The position numbers were made by a program, and so were the translations under genes. From contig OY969569.1 of assembly GCA_963701185.1 (NCBI GenBank), positions 795,548 to 859,547 of the forward strand: 64,000 nt of DNA, in the 5' to 3' direction. Shown in pieces: positions 39,361-49,405 of the stretch. The DNA is from Candidatus Gottesmanbacteria bacterium (GTDB taxonomy: Bacteria > Patescibacteriota > Microgenomatia > UBA10105 > UBA927). The notes beneath the pieces are model-generated. The model had not been told where the DNA came from. It was given only the letters and a program-made list of their open reading frames with translations, and made no database searches. Each line of letters begins with the position of its first letter. The stretch's first letter is position 1.

Positions 39361-42300
39361 ATGGCAGAAACAGAGCCGCCACCAAAGAAGAATGTTGAGC
39401 AGGAGCAAAAACCTCAAGAACAGACCCCTGAAGATAAAGCAGCGGAGGAATTAGGCAAACGTGCCCAAAAATCAACGCGGTATGAACGTCATAAGATAAA
39501 AGAACAACGGGAGAGAGCCGAAAAAGTATTCGAAAAACTAAAAAAGGGTGAAGTTCCAAAACTTGATTTGGAAAAAATGTCCCCTGCGGATATCAAAGAA
39601 GCCAAATCTATTATCGCCGACATAGAACGCGCCCACGAACAAAAGTGGCTTACCAAAGGCGAAATTCCAGATAACCCAATTGTATTAGATGTTGTTGCCC
39701 GCATCGCCAGTGCGCCTCAAGAGCTTCAGGATGACCCGAAATGGCTTATTGCCCAGGGACTTGAACTGCGGGAAGCGCAAAAAGGAAGTATGCCTGATGA
39801 TGTAAAGATTGCCATACAAAAAGTGAGTTATAGAATAAGGAATAGGGTTACAGAATTAACAGGTATAAATGAAGAAGACCGGCATGCCATTTTTCGCTCT
39901 TCATTTGATCCCGCGAAACTTACCAGCGTAACCCCGGAGCAAGCGGAAGTTGTTGAGGTGGCAGAATTTTATTTAAGCGAGTCTGGAAGCCCGGTTCGGC
40001 GCGGGTCGGGAACGCCAGAATTAATTACCCCAAGCGATTGGCTTTACAAAGGACAAACGACGGGAAACGCAGCTCTGGATAAGAAATTGGAGGAAATTAA
40101 TAATAGATATGCGAATGAACCACAGGCAGAATATCTTCAAGAAGCGCATCGTGAGCTTAAAGATATGAAACTTGCCGAAGCAGAACCATATCTCAGAACA
40201 ATCGAAAACACTTATAAAATCATGTCCGATGAGCAATTTAGGTTAACCCCCGCGGAAATCGAGAAAATTAAAAATCCTGACACACGCGACGAGGTTTTTT
40301 ACCGACGCATAGAAAAAATTTTGAATAAACCAAATAAAACATCTCGGGAAAGCATGGATCTCTACACACAAACAGCATTGGACTCATTTACGTATGGTGT
40401 AAGCAGAATGGAAAATGGTCGAAATCTCGTCGCTCACTTTGAAAACCTGCAAGAAGCGATTTTTGCGTTTCATGATATTGACTTTTATGCACGCAGCGCC
40501 GCCGGAGATGTAAAACCGTTTGTTGAGGCAGCATCATATTTCCAAAATTCATTCGCAATAGAAGCCATTAATGACCCGCTTGTGGAAGTGAGCATTCAGA
40601 GCTACGAGCAGGCACTCAAGATGATTCGGGACAATAATGACGGGTATATACCGCCATCGATGGTAAGTTACGATACGAATACCTACCAGAATTATTGGGA
40701 TGAACTTGCAAAGAAAATTCTGATAGAGAAAATAAAGGCGGGTTTAGTTCACGATTATGATCGCGACCCAAAAACAGGAACTCCTCTGAAAAATAATGAT
40801 GGCACACGGCGGTTTAAAGATGAGGCAATGACACTTGAAGAGCTCGGTTTAGATCCAAAAAGTAAGCTGAGCGTTGAAGATCAGAGAAATAAAACATTAC
40901 GTCTTATTGCCTCCATGCGTATGGCAAAAGGATTTGGGATCCTCGACATGAGGCTTTTGGAAATTTTTGCATTCTCCAAAACCCCCGGGTATTCCAATCC
41001 AGAATACGGAACGCAAGGACTAATATTCAGCAGTAAAGCATATGAAGGAATCGCGCGTTGGTTAAATCCCATGGCTGATTGGTTTGGCAAATTTAAAATG
41101 GGAGACACCATGTTTGCTCCATTCTTTGCGACACTCATAGGAATAAAACACAATGATCTTAAGGAATTTTTCTCATGGGATCAGGACCAGTGGAAACGTA
41201 TCACCAATATGGCGGCCAACGGAGAATTACAGGAATGGCTCCGGAATAAATTTCCGAAAGGTGGCGGACGACTTCACGATCTTGTTTCAATGTTTGCATT
41301 TAGCGGACGTTTCGGGCCGTTGTCAAAATGGGGAGAGTCAGATGTCACTTTGGGTTTTACTGATTTAGATCGTGAACGGGAAGGCGGCTCAATGAGGCTA
41401 TTTAAGGCCTCAAGGTGGGCAGAAGAGGAAGCCAGAAATCATTTTGATCCGGATAAGAAACTAAAAGAGTCGGAATGGAGAGTCATGAAGAACTCTGAAG
41501 AAGTTAAGAAGAAAATAGACGAATATGAAAAAGCATATAAAATTCACGTGTGGGTACAGACCGTCATGCGTAATCCAACCGGAGTAGCAGGCCATGTGCG
41601 TATGCAGACGCCAGAGAAATCTGGGGAAGCGCCGCATACGTATCTATACGGCGATGTTCATAAGCATGGTAATGAAAGAATGGCACGACATCTCAGGAAT
41701 GTGGTTATCCAAGAAGTGCTTGGGAATGACTATATTGTCGAGGGAAGAATTTTATTAAACGGAGAAATTCAATATGAGCCTGTAGAGAATGAACGATCTC
41801 CTGACGCAGCTAAACTTAATAAGATGGCCCGTATAGAACTTTTGGAGCGGGATGTCATGACGATCCAGCAGGCAGCGCTCTGCGGCGGCAGCGACAACAG
41901 ACCACGGGATATAAAATTAGAAACAGACTCGAAGCGTATCGAGGGCGATGAAGTGATTGCAGGAGAAACCATTACGCAAGAAAAGCGTCGTGAAGATGCA
42001 AAACAATACATTACCCGCGTGCAGACATATATGTTGGGGAACAAATTGTCAGCAAAAGATTGGCAAAAAAAACTTGGGGGGGATTGGGATGATACATTGG
42101 ACAGAATTAAGATGGAAGATTACTCGTCGGATAGTGTGAGCGTTCCGGTCGGAAGCGGGAAAAGTAAATTAGTATTGAAGATTGTGGACACAATAACGGA
42201 GAAAAATCCCACTCCCGTAACTAAGATGCTCGCATCTGTTCGTGGCATAGATGAAGATGCCAAGGTAGACTATGGGAACCCGTTATTGTCGGAAGAGCTT

Positions 42301-42930
42301 TTGAAAGTGATTTCGCCTTCACATATGGGTCTTGAGGACGTGCAATGGCATTATATAGATATTGCTCCTTTGGGTGAGCGGCATTGGGCGAGACGAGCGA
42401 ACGATTTGCGGGCACGGTCAGAAACAGATGCGGCGCTGATAAAAAGTTTAGACACAATGCGCCCACACCCTGATCTTAAAGAGATCGGAAAAGCGCTTGA
42501 GGAAGTGTACAACGCAGAAAAACAGCACGATCCAAATGAGGCGCACAGGTTTGTGTATTTATGGTCGCGGGGAATGGGAGAGATGTACAGACAAAGATTT
42601 TGGGCGAAAATTCCTTTTCTTGGAAGACTTATTTCTCGAATGAATCCATCTTCTATTGCTGCGCAAGTGTATGGTCCCGAGCATGGAGCTTCGTGGAGTG
42701 CGAATAATGAGAGGGAATTTGTGGAAGCAGTCCAACAATCAACAAAACTACCATATCAGGAAATCGATAGGTTGGGAAATAAGCATACATATAACATACA
42801 TAGTTTGGAAAAAGAACTAGGTGCGACCCGGAGAGTCGTGATAATGGAAATGATCGGATTGGGGGTGTTTATTGCGATTGCGGCAACGATATTGGCAGCG
42901 GGCACAAAATCGCTGGAAGATAAAGATTAA
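39361..42930 (+). CDS. Very large charged hypothetical protein with C-terminal TM anchor
   Basis: About 1190-aa ORF, Glu/Lys-rich, with one hydrophobic helix at the C-terminus (IGLGVFIAIAATILAA). Confidence 0.8.
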   Translation: MAETEPPPKKNVEQEQKPQEQTPEDKAAEELGKRAQKSTRYERHKIKEQRERAEKVFEKLKKGEVPKLDLEKMSPADIKEAKSIIADIERAHEQKWLTKGEIPDNPIVLDVVARIASAPQELQDDPKWLIAQGLELREAQKGSMPDDVKIAIQKVSYRIRNRVTELTGINEEDRHAIFRSSFDPAKLTSVTPEQAEVVEVAEFYLSESGSPVRRGSGTPELITPSDWLYKGQTTGNAALDKKLEEINNRYANEPQAEYLQEAHRELKDMKLAEAEPYLRTIENTYKIMSDEQFRLTPAEIEKIKNPDTRDEVFYRRIEKILNKPNKTSRESMDLYTQTALDSFTYGVSRMENGRNLVAHFENLQEAIFAFHDIDFYARSAAGDVKPFVEAASYFQNSFAIEAINDPLVEVSIQSYEQALKMIRDNNDGYIPPSMVSYDTNTYQNYWDELAKKILIEKIKAGLVHDYDRDPKTGTPLKNNDGTRRFKDEAMTLEELGLDPKSKLSVEDQRNKTLRLIASMRMAKGFGILDMRLLEIFAFSKTPGYSNPEYGTQGLIFSSKAYEGIARWLNPMADWFGKFKMGDTMFAPFFATLIGIKHNDLKEFFSWDQDQWKRITNMAANGELQEWLRNKFPKGGGRLHDLVSMFAFSGRFGPLSKWGESDVTLGFTDLDREREGGSMRLFKASRWAEEEARNHFDPDKKLKESEWRVMKNSEEVKKKIDEYEKAYKIHVWVQTVMRNPTGVAGHVRMQTPEKSGEAPHTYLYGDVHKHGNERMARHLRNVVIQEVLGNDYIVEGRILLNGEIQYEPVENERSPDAAKLNKMARIELLERDVMTIQQAALCGGSDNRPRDIKLETDSKRIEGDEVIAGETITQEKRREDAKQYITRVQTYMLGNKLSAKDWQKKLGGDWDDTLDRIKMEDYSSDSVSVPVGSGKSKLVLKIVDTITEKNPTPVTKMLASVRGIDEDAKVDYGNPLLSEELLKVISPSHMGLEDVQWHYIDIAPLGERHWARRANDLRARSETDAALIKSLDTMRPHPDLKEIGKALEEVYNAEKQHDPNEAHRFVYLWSRGMGEMYRQRFWAKIPFLGRLISRMNPSSIAAQVYGPEHGASWSANNEREFVEAVQQSTKLPYQEIDRLGNKHTYNIHSLEKELGATRRVVIMEMIGLGVFIAIAATILAAGTKSLEDKD

Positions 42931-42933
42931 ATA

Positions 42934-44418
42934 TTATGGATGGCTTCCGCCACCCCCTCCCTTTCCCTTATTTATCCATTTTCCTACCTGACTGACCATT
43001 GCTGAGCCATAGTAAAACTGGGATGCGGTTCCCATAGTGGTTTGAACAGCGCCGCCCAAGGGTGAGAATATTGCGCTGGGGCCAGCACTGACCATAGGTT
43101 TGGCCTTGAGCGCCTCTTTCAGTGCCTTACCAATCGAAGGAATGGCAAATAGAATGCCCAGTGAGATAAGTGTTGAGAGTGACGTCGTGTTGAATGAGAT
43201 CGCCGATAAATTTGGAGCCCAAAGTGATTTATGGGTGTCGGCAAAGTTCGCAAATACCGCCGCAAGCATGAAGAAAACAACACCAAGCGGAAACACAGCA
43301 ATATTTGCTATAAGATTATTGATCCACGACCCGAATGAGTTGGTTCCTGGAATTGCTTCCATCAGGATTTGTACCGGGCCAAAGAGAAGTGCAAGTACGA
43401 TTTGAATGTATGCTCCGACGAAAAAGATGAGGAGACGTATAAACAAAAATAGCATGGCAAGGGATAGAATGAATTCCAAAACAGGCATCGAAAGAGCGGC
43501 AATTCCTCCTGCTACTACCATCGGGCCGGCTACCCCCGCTGAAATTGCCGTAATGGCAACCGCCGGAACAATCAACAATGCTCCGAGACCTAGCCCTGCA
43601 AGCAATTCCGTTCCGACCCCTACGGGTATGCCCAATATTTTTAAAACGCTCACGTTCCAAGTCGCCTGGATGGTGTTAGCAGCCAAGGTTCCCTGTGTAA
43701 AGAATTTCAGCTGTGTATCTAGCCCCCAGATGTTCCAGATACTAGGGACTGCCGGTAACAGTCCTGAAGAAACAAATAAACCTACGGCAAGATACATGAT
43801 CAAATACATGACGTCTATGAGAAGCCCGACAATAGCATATGAGAATGTTATAAGAAGGAGGGTAAGTACAATTCTCGGGAGGGCATTCTGGACGGTGACG
43901 ACGGTTTTTGGATCTATTTTTTTTCGGAACATGACCATGAATCCGATGACGATCATAACAACGGCCATAAGAAAGTAGGCGATGTTTCTGAATATTTTCC
44001 AGAGAGGTAGAAGAGCAGAGAATCCGGAAAATCCAATGCCTTGAGCGTGTACCTGTTTAGGAAAAAAGCCAAGAGATTGACCGGTATCTTCTACCCAGTA
44101 GGCAATGCTTGAGGGTGGCGTCGTATAGACGCCCGCTATAACGCCGCTTATAAGGGTTAACGAGCTTTTACCGTAATAAAATGCGCTGTTTGGATCTTTG
44201 CTGCAGCCGGCAATCATGCAGGTTGCCGTGTTCATGTACGAGGCCTGGGTATTGACGGTATAGACCTCTTTACTCATCTGCCCCGCTTTGGATTTCTGGT
44301 CCACGATTGCGCCAAACTCTTCGGCGCTTGGCATCGGATTAAACTCCGCGTGTGCGGGCGGCACAAAGACCAATCCGACGAGAATGAAGATGAGAAATAA
44401 AAACGCGGCGTGCTTCAT
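42934..44418 (-). CDS. VirB6/TrbL-like polytopic membrane protein
   Basis: Signal peptide, WKIFRNIAY..LPRIVLTLLLITFSYAIVGLLID and many TM helices; directly downstream of the pilin array. Confidence 0.7.
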   Translation of the reverse strand: MKHAAFLFLIFILVGLVFVPPAHAEFNPMPSAEEFGAIVDQKSKAGQMSKEVYTVNTQASYMNTATCMIAGCSKDPNSAFYYGKSSLTLISGVIAGVYTTPPSSIAYWVEDTGQSLGFFPKQVHAQGIGFSGFSALLPLWKIFRNIAYFLMAVVMIVIGFMVMFRKKIDPKTVVTVQNALPRIVLTLLLITFSYAIVGLLIDVMYLIMYLAVGLFVSSGLLPAVPSIWNIWGLDTQLKFFTQGTLAANTIQATWNVSVLKILGIPVGVGTELLAGLGLGALLIVPAVAITAISAGVAGPMVVAGGIAALSMPVLEFILSLAMLFLFIRLLIFFVGAYIQIVLALLFGPVQILMEAIPGTNSFGSWINNLIANIAVFPLGVVFFMLAAVFANFADTHKSLWAPNLSAISFNTTSLSTLISLGILFAIPSIGKALKEALKAKPMVSAGPSAIFSPLGGAVQTTMGTASQFYYGSAMVSQVGKWINKGKGGGGGSHP

Positions 44419-44457
44419 AGATATATTATGCTGACTCCATTGGCACGAGTCAATGTG

Positions 44458-44763
44458 TTAATTGCCGGGGATCGTAAATTGCGTGACATTGACGCCGGTA
44501 AACAACTGGATGGTGCGTAAGATAAGATACGCAATGACGATAACGACAACGCCGGTGATAGCTGCCGTCAGCGTGCCGCGGGCTTTCTCGAGTTTTTTTT
44601 GGTCCCCGCCGGAGAATAAAAAACCGTACCCGCCGATTATGAACATGATAAATAATGCAACGCCTATGAGTGCGGTAAGCGCCTGCACGACACCCGTAAA
44701 TATCGGTTCAAAACATTGAAGTGTCGCTGCGCCCCCAATCGTACAGTTCTGCCAGGTCCACAT
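44458..44763 (-). CDS. VirB2/TrbC-like pilin
   Basis: Two TM helices joined by SGGDQKKLEKARGTLTAAITG. Confidence 0.8.
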   Translation of the reverse strand: MWTWQNCTIGGAATLQCFEPIFTGVVQALTALIGVALFIMFIIGGYGFLFSGGDQKKLEKARGTLTAAITGVVVIVIAYLILRTIQLFTGVNVTQFTIPGN

Positions 44764-44814
44764 ATGGAATCATTATCGCGCAGATGGCGGCAACAGGCAA
44801 GAGGGTGTCGCGCT

Positions 44815-45147
44815 TTAATTAAAAGGCTTTGGGAACGTGAGCGTCCCGCCGATAATCGATATGCCCAGGAAATTCTGGACGAGAATCATAATCGCCCACG
44901 CGGCTCCGACAATGATAAGTCCGACAATCGCATGGGTAATTTTATTGCGCGCAGCTTCCATGCCGGCTTTGTCTCCGCCGGAGGTGATCCATTGGATGCC
45001 GCCCATGATAAGGAAAAAGAATGCCAGGAGTGCCGCAACGATAAGAAGCACGCCGACGAGCGCACTGATGAGCTGACCGATATCACCGATTTTTATGTTC
45101 GCGGGTTGCGGGATTGTAATCTGTGCCTGTGCAAATACCTTTTCCAT
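44815..45147 (-). CDS. VirB2/TrbC-like pilin (candidate major pilin)
   Basis: GGIQWITSGGDKAGMEAARNKITHAIVG; strong SD AAGGAGG (45152-58). Confidence 0.85.
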   Translation of the reverse strand: MEKVFAQAQITIPQPANIKIGDIGQLISALVGVLLIVAALLAFFFLIMGGIQWITSGGDKAGMEAARNKITHAIVGLIIVGAAWAIMILVQNFLGISIIGGTLTFPKPFN

Positions 45148-45222
45148 AATTCCTCCTTATTAACGACCGTGTTTTATTATATCCTTATTCTCATTGTTGC
45201 GCAACTATCTTTCGCTTGTCAA

Positions 45223-45579
45223 CTATTGATTAATGCTCGGGATGGTAAGTTTTGTGATCTCTATGCCGAAAAATTGTCCGACGAGCGTCATGAGCGCATA
45301 GGCTGCCGCCACGATCACCAGCCCCATAATGGCGTTGGTAATACCGCTGCGCGCTTTCTCCAGCGCCTGCTTGTCTCCGCCTGCAGTGATCCATTGGATG
45401 CCGCCGATAAGAAGCAGCATAAACGTGAGTAAGAATCCCGCGATAAACAGTGCGCCGACCAAATTACTGATGAGCTTTCCCAGCGACGCGCCGCCCTGAG
45501 AAACATCGGGGTTTGGTCCGCCTCCGAGAGACGGGGGTAAAACGGGGTTTCGGATCTGAGATAATATTCGTGTATTCAT
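45223..45579 (-). CDS. VirB2/TrbC-like pilin
   Basis: GGIQWITAGGDKQALEKARSGITNAIMG. Confidence 0.85.
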   Translation of the reverse strand: MNTRILSQIRNPVLPPSLGGGPNPDVSQGGASLGKLISNLVGALFIAGFLLTFMLLLIGGIQWITAGGDKQALEKARSGITNAIMGLVIVAAAYALMTLVGQFFGIEITKLTIPSINQ

Positions 45580-45581
45580 TT

Positions 45582-45974
45582 TTACTGAATTTTTAATTGC
45601 TGAATAATGACTCCGGGATTGCCGACAAGAATATCATATCCGAAGAATTGACCGACGACCGCGATCATGATCCAGGCGGCAATGATGATGACGAGCCCGA
45701 AAAATCCGTTCATAATCCGCTGCCGGGCCGTTGTAAGCTTTTTTGTGTCTCCGGCGCTGGAAATCCATTCATAGCCGCCAAACAGGAGCTGGAACATAAA
45801 CCAAATACTGCCGGCTATCGTCAGAAATCCGACGATGGAGGATATGACTCCGGTTACCTTGGTCAGCGCCAGTACGCCGCCTGCCTGACCACCGAAATTT
45901 AGCGCCCCAAACGGCCCCAAGCCGGATCCTCCGATGTTTCCAAGCCCCTGTCCTGTTTGTGCAAGTAGCGCCAT
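45582..45974 (-). CDS. VirB2/TrbC-like pilin
   Basis: GGYEWISSAGDTKKLTTARQRIMNGFFG. Confidence 0.8.
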   Translation of the reverse strand: MALLAQTGQGLGNIGGSGLGPFGALNFGGQAGGVLALTKVTGVISSIVGFLTIAGSIWFMFQLLFGGYEWISSAGDTKKLTTARQRIMNGFFGLVIIIAAWIMIAVVGQFFGYDILVGNPGVIIQQLKIQ

Positions 45975-45977
45975 AGA

Positions 45978-46352
45978 TTATGGTGTGTAAATCTTCGGAT
46001 TTAAGATATACCCCGCATCGCCGAACAATAAGTATCCGAATAGTGCGGCGAGGGCGAATGAGCTGACCACAAGAATGAGTCCCAAGAGCGACTGCCAGAT
46101 TTTTCCCCATGCCTTTTGCACGACTTTTGAGTCTCCTCCGGCGCCCATAAATTGGAATCCGGCGAGAATAAGATTGATGAATGCAAACAATCCGGCGACC
46201 ACAAAGACCAGCCGGAGAATGTTTGTGAGAAAGAGGATGAGTCCGCCGCCCTGTGCGGCAGTTATGCCCCGGTATGCTTTCGGGAGCGGATTGTCAACCG
46301 TCCCGACGATGCTTGATGCGCCCTGTGCAAATATTTTTTCCATGCCAAACAT
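45978..46352 (-). CDS. VirB2/TrbC-like pilin
   Basis: AGFQFMGAGGDSKVVQKAWGKIWQSLLG; the start may be 46343. Confidence 0.8.
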   Translation of the reverse strand: MFGMEKIFAQGASSIVGTVDNPLPKAYRGITAAQGGGLILFLTNILRLVFVVAGLFAFINLILAGFQFMGAGGDSKVVQKAWGKIWQSLLGLILVVSSFALAALFGYLLFGDAGYILNPKIYTP

Positions 46353-46354
46353 AA

Positions 46355-46672
46355 TTATTTCAGACCGACCATCTGTTTTAATATGTCAGCGCCCGTGATG
46401 GTGGCGATGACCTGGACGATAAGAACTGATAAGACGACGATCAAAAGCCCGATGACCGCCCCGGTTACCGCCCTTTTGCTCTGTTCGAGTTGTTTGGCGT
46501 CCTCGGATCCTGCTCCCACTATAACGCCCAGTCCCCCTAAAATCAATAAAACAAAGCTGATAACCCCGGCCAGTACGACGGCATTTTTGACAATCACGGA
46601 TACGATTGAGCCGAAGTCGCTAAATGTCGCGGCGGGCGCGAATATGGTTTTGATGTCGACAGCGTACACCAT
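46355..46672 (-). CDS. VirB2/TrbC-like pilin
   Basis: GGLGVIVGAGSEDAKQLEQSKRAVTGAVIG. Confidence 0.75.
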   Translation of the reverse strand: MVYAVDIKTIFAPAATFSDFGSIVSVIVKNAVVLAGVISFVLLILGGLGVIVGAGSEDAKQLEQSKRAVTGAVIGLLIVVLSVLIVQVIATITGADILKQMVGLK

Positions 46673-46733
46673 TCTCAGATCATTGTATGGGTAAATGGAG
46701 GTTACTGTCAATTTATGGTATAGTTATCGGGTT

Positions 46734-47273
46734 GTGGACGACGCAAACATTATTCCTAAGATTCTTGCGCGCGACCGGAGGGCACTGCTTATTTTTTACC
46801 GCAGGTACGCGCCGAAACTCTCCCGCTTCATTGCCGGAAAGATCGGAAATCCGGGCGATGCGGAAGAGGTTCTGCAGGACACGCTCTATGCATTCTTGGA
46901 GGCCATCCGCGATTTTCAGGGAAAAAGCAATATTCAGACGTTTTTGTTTTCCATTTGCCAGCACAAAGTGATTGATTATTACCGGAGAAAGAAGCTCAAG
47001 CACGCAGTGTTTTCCCAGATGCCGCAGCTTGAGGCGATTATCTCGCCTCTTATCAGTCCCGAAGACCAGCTGGATGCCGTTTTAGTGAAAGAGAAAATTC
47101 ACGCCGTGTTGGGGCGACTCCTCCCGCGTCATAGGCAAATTTTGCAGCTGAAATATCTTGACGGGTTATCCGTAGAAGAAATCGCAAAACGCCTGGCGAT
47201 GACATTTAAGAGTGTCGAGTCCCAGCTTTTCCGCGCCAGGAAAGCCTTTGTCGAGCATTTTATATCTATTTAG
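46734..47273 (+). CDS. ECF RNA polymerase sigma factor
   Basis: DAEEVLQDT (region 2) and LKYLDGLSVEEIA..VESQLFRAR (region 4). Confidence 0.9.
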   Translation: MDDANIIPKILARDRRALLIFYRRYAPKLSRFIAGKIGNPGDAEEVLQDTLYAFLEAIRDFQGKSNIQTFLFSICQHKVIDYYRRKKLKHAVFSQMPQLEAIISPLISPEDQLDAVLVKEKIHAVLGRLLPRHRQILQLKYLDGLSVEEIAKRLAMTFKSVESQLFRARKAFVEHFISI

Positions 47274-47274
47274 G

Positions 47275-47350
47275 TGTCATTCCCGCGAAGGCGGGAATCG
47301 GTACTGGTATTTGAAAAAAATGCAGATCCCCGATCAGGTCGGGGATGACA
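47275..47350 (+). repeat. Full bipartite REP-like element (copy C)
   Basis: TGTCATTCCCGCGAAGGCGGGAATC..GCAGATCCCCGATCAGGTCGGGGATGACA; terminal TGTCAT/ATGACA inverted repeat. Confidence 0.85.
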
Positions 47351-47359
47351 AAAAAACAT

Positions 47360-47590
47360 ATGAGAAGTACAACATATCAAAAATTTGTCAAAAGGTGGGA
47401 AGAGGTGACGGACCTGCCGCCGCAGACAGTCGGGCCCCTGACGCCCCTTTATAAAGCAGTCGCCCGGCGGCTCAAAGTGATGCCCTGGCCGGTATTGGTT
47501 CTCTCGTCGCTCGTTGTGGTTACGGGATTGTATGTGATCATCGGATCCGCCATTACCCTCCTTGTCTCCGTTCTGCAAAAAGGATTTTAA
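47360..47590 (+). CDS. Small single-TM protein (possible anti-sigma factor)
   Basis: Follows the ECF sigma gene; soluble N-terminus plus TM helix. Confidence 0.6.
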   Translation: MRSTTYQKFVKRWEEVTDLPPQTVGPLTPLYKAVARRLKVMPWPVLVLSSLVVVTGLYVIIGSAITLLVSVLQKGF

Positions 47591-47616
47591 CCCCCCATTA
47601 CGACTAATACGTATAC

Positions 47617-48234
47617 ATGGAGACATCGCTTATTGTCGCGCTTGTTGATTTTAGCAGAAATATTATAGGATTAATTATCCGTCCGTATGAAACGTGCCGC
47701 AGGATCGTGGAAAAAGAAAACCCGTTGGAACTGATTTATGTTGCGGTAGTGCTTGCCGTATATTTTGTCCTCGCGTCTTTGGTTAAGGTTGCCAGCTTCC
47801 GTCCGTTTCTTCTGACCCGGCAGTTTTTTGTGTTGGCGGGTGCGGTAGCTATTACGTATTGTTTTGTCGTGACGGTATTCTGGGTGGTAGGGAGATTGGT
47901 GGGCGCAGGCGGGAAAATGAAAGGCCTTGCGGTCCTCTGGGGGTATTCGCTGCTGCCTACGACACTCTGGTTTTTCGTCACATCTCTCCTCTATGTTTTG
48001 TTGCCTCCGCCGCGGACCACAAGCATTCAGGGGATTCTTTTCAGCGTATTCTTCCTCGTGTTTTCCATTACGCTGTTTTTGTGGAAGGCAACGATTACCT
48101 ATTTGTCTCTCCGCTTCGGACTCAAGGTGGATTTAGGAAAAATTTTGGTTATTTTGGCGATATCACTTCCGGTTCTTGCGTTATACAGTTACGGCATGTA
48201 TAGACTCGGAATCTTTAAAATACCGTTTATATGA
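47617..48234 (+). CDS. Yip1-like membrane protein
   Basis: IIRPYET start, about 5 TM helices, GRLVGAGG and WGYSLLP. Confidence 0.7.
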   Translation: METSLIVALVDFSRNIIGLIIRPYETCRRIVEKENPLELIYVAVVLAVYFVLASLVKVASFRPFLLTRQFFVLAGAVAITYCFVVTVFWVVGRLVGAGGKMKGLAVLWGYSLLPTTLWFFVTSLLYVLLPPPRTTSIQGILFSVFFLVFSITLFLWKATITYLSLRFGLKVDLGKILVILAISLPVLALYSYGMYRLGIFKIPFI

Positions 48235-49370
48235 ACCTACGTGATTACACAAGCGTTTTGGAACGAAGGAAAGCGATTGAGAAAGAACGGAACGTTGATC
48301 TTACGCATATCGGTGCCTTCACGCTGGATGAGACTGTTGCCGTCACACGAAACTGCGAAAACATGATTGGCGCAGTACAGATTCCGATGGGAATTGCCGG
48401 GCCGCTTCGCATTGCCAAAAAAGAATATTATCTGCCGCTTGCGACCACGGAAGGTGCGCTCGTGGCGTCCGTGAACCGCGGATGCAGGGCAATAACCGAA
48501 TCAGGAGGGGCATTTGTCCGAAGTAAACGCGTGGGTGCTACGCGCGGGCCTGTATTTCGTGTTGAGTCTATGCGGGACCAAGTAGTTTTCAGTGATTTTC
48601 TTAAAAAGAATTTTAAGGATTTGAAAAATATTGCTCAGTCAACATCAGGTCACATAACGCTTCTCAGTGCTCATTCACGGGCCGTTGGAAGATATCGCTA
48701 CGTACGTTTTGTTTTTGACACACAGGACGCCATGGGCATGAACATGGCAACAATCGCGGCGCAAAAACTTGTTGCGTTTATTGAATTAAAAACCACGGCC
48801 CGCTGCGTTTCCGTGGCAGGGAATTATGACATAGACAAAAAACCCGCCTGGGTGAATGTTATTGAAGGCCGCGGTACAAAAGCATGGGCGGAAGTGACAA
48901 TTTCCGACAGAATTTTAAGGAGAATATTGAAAACCACCGCGCAAAAAATATATGATGTGTGGCTTGCAAAATGTATGATCGGGTCTGCCATGAGCGGCTC
49001 GATGGGATTCAATGCTCAGTATGCAAATGTAATCGCTGCACTTTTTATTGCTACAGGCCAGGATCCCGCACATGTTGTTGAGGGAAGTTTGGGGATAACA
49101 ACGGTGGAGGTTATTGACGGAAAAAATCTATACATGAGCGTCTATCTTCCTGATTTGATGGTCGGGACTGTCGGAGGAGGAACCGGACTTGCGACACAAC
49201 GGGAAGCGCTATCGATGATTGGCGCAAAAACGAGTCAAGAGTTTTCGGAAATTATCGCCGGAGCAGTGCTGGCGGGGGAGATTTCGTTACTCGCATCATT
49301 AAGCGAAGGAACGTTAGCACGGGCACACCAAAAATTGGCGCGCGGAAAAGTATTAAGTACTAAATACTAA
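48231..49370 (+). CDS. hmgA: HMG-CoA reductase (class I, NADPH)
   Basis: CENMIG, PLATTEGALVAS, DAMGMN, TGQDPAH, GTVGGGT and VLAGEISL. Confidence 0.95.
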   Translation: MNLRDYTSVLERRKAIEKERNVDLTHIGAFTLDETVAVTRNCENMIGAVQIPMGIAGPLRIAKKEYYLPLATTEGALVASVNRGCRAITESGGAFVRSKRVGATRGPVFRVESMRDQVVFSDFLKKNFKDLKNIAQSTSGHITLLSAHSRAVGRYRYVRFVFDTQDAMGMNMATIAAQKLVAFIELKTTARCVSVAGNYDIDKKPAWVNVIEGRGTKAWAEVTISDRILRRILKTTAQKIYDVWLAKCMIGSAMSGSMGFNAQYANVIAALFIATGQDPAHVVEGSLGITTVEVIDGKNLYMSVYLPDLMVGTVGGGTGLATQREALSMIGAKTSQEFSEIIAGAVLAGEISLLASLSEGTLARAHQKLARGKVLSTKY

Positions 49371-49405
49371 GTATTAATTAAAACTTAGCACTTAGAATTT
49401 AAACT

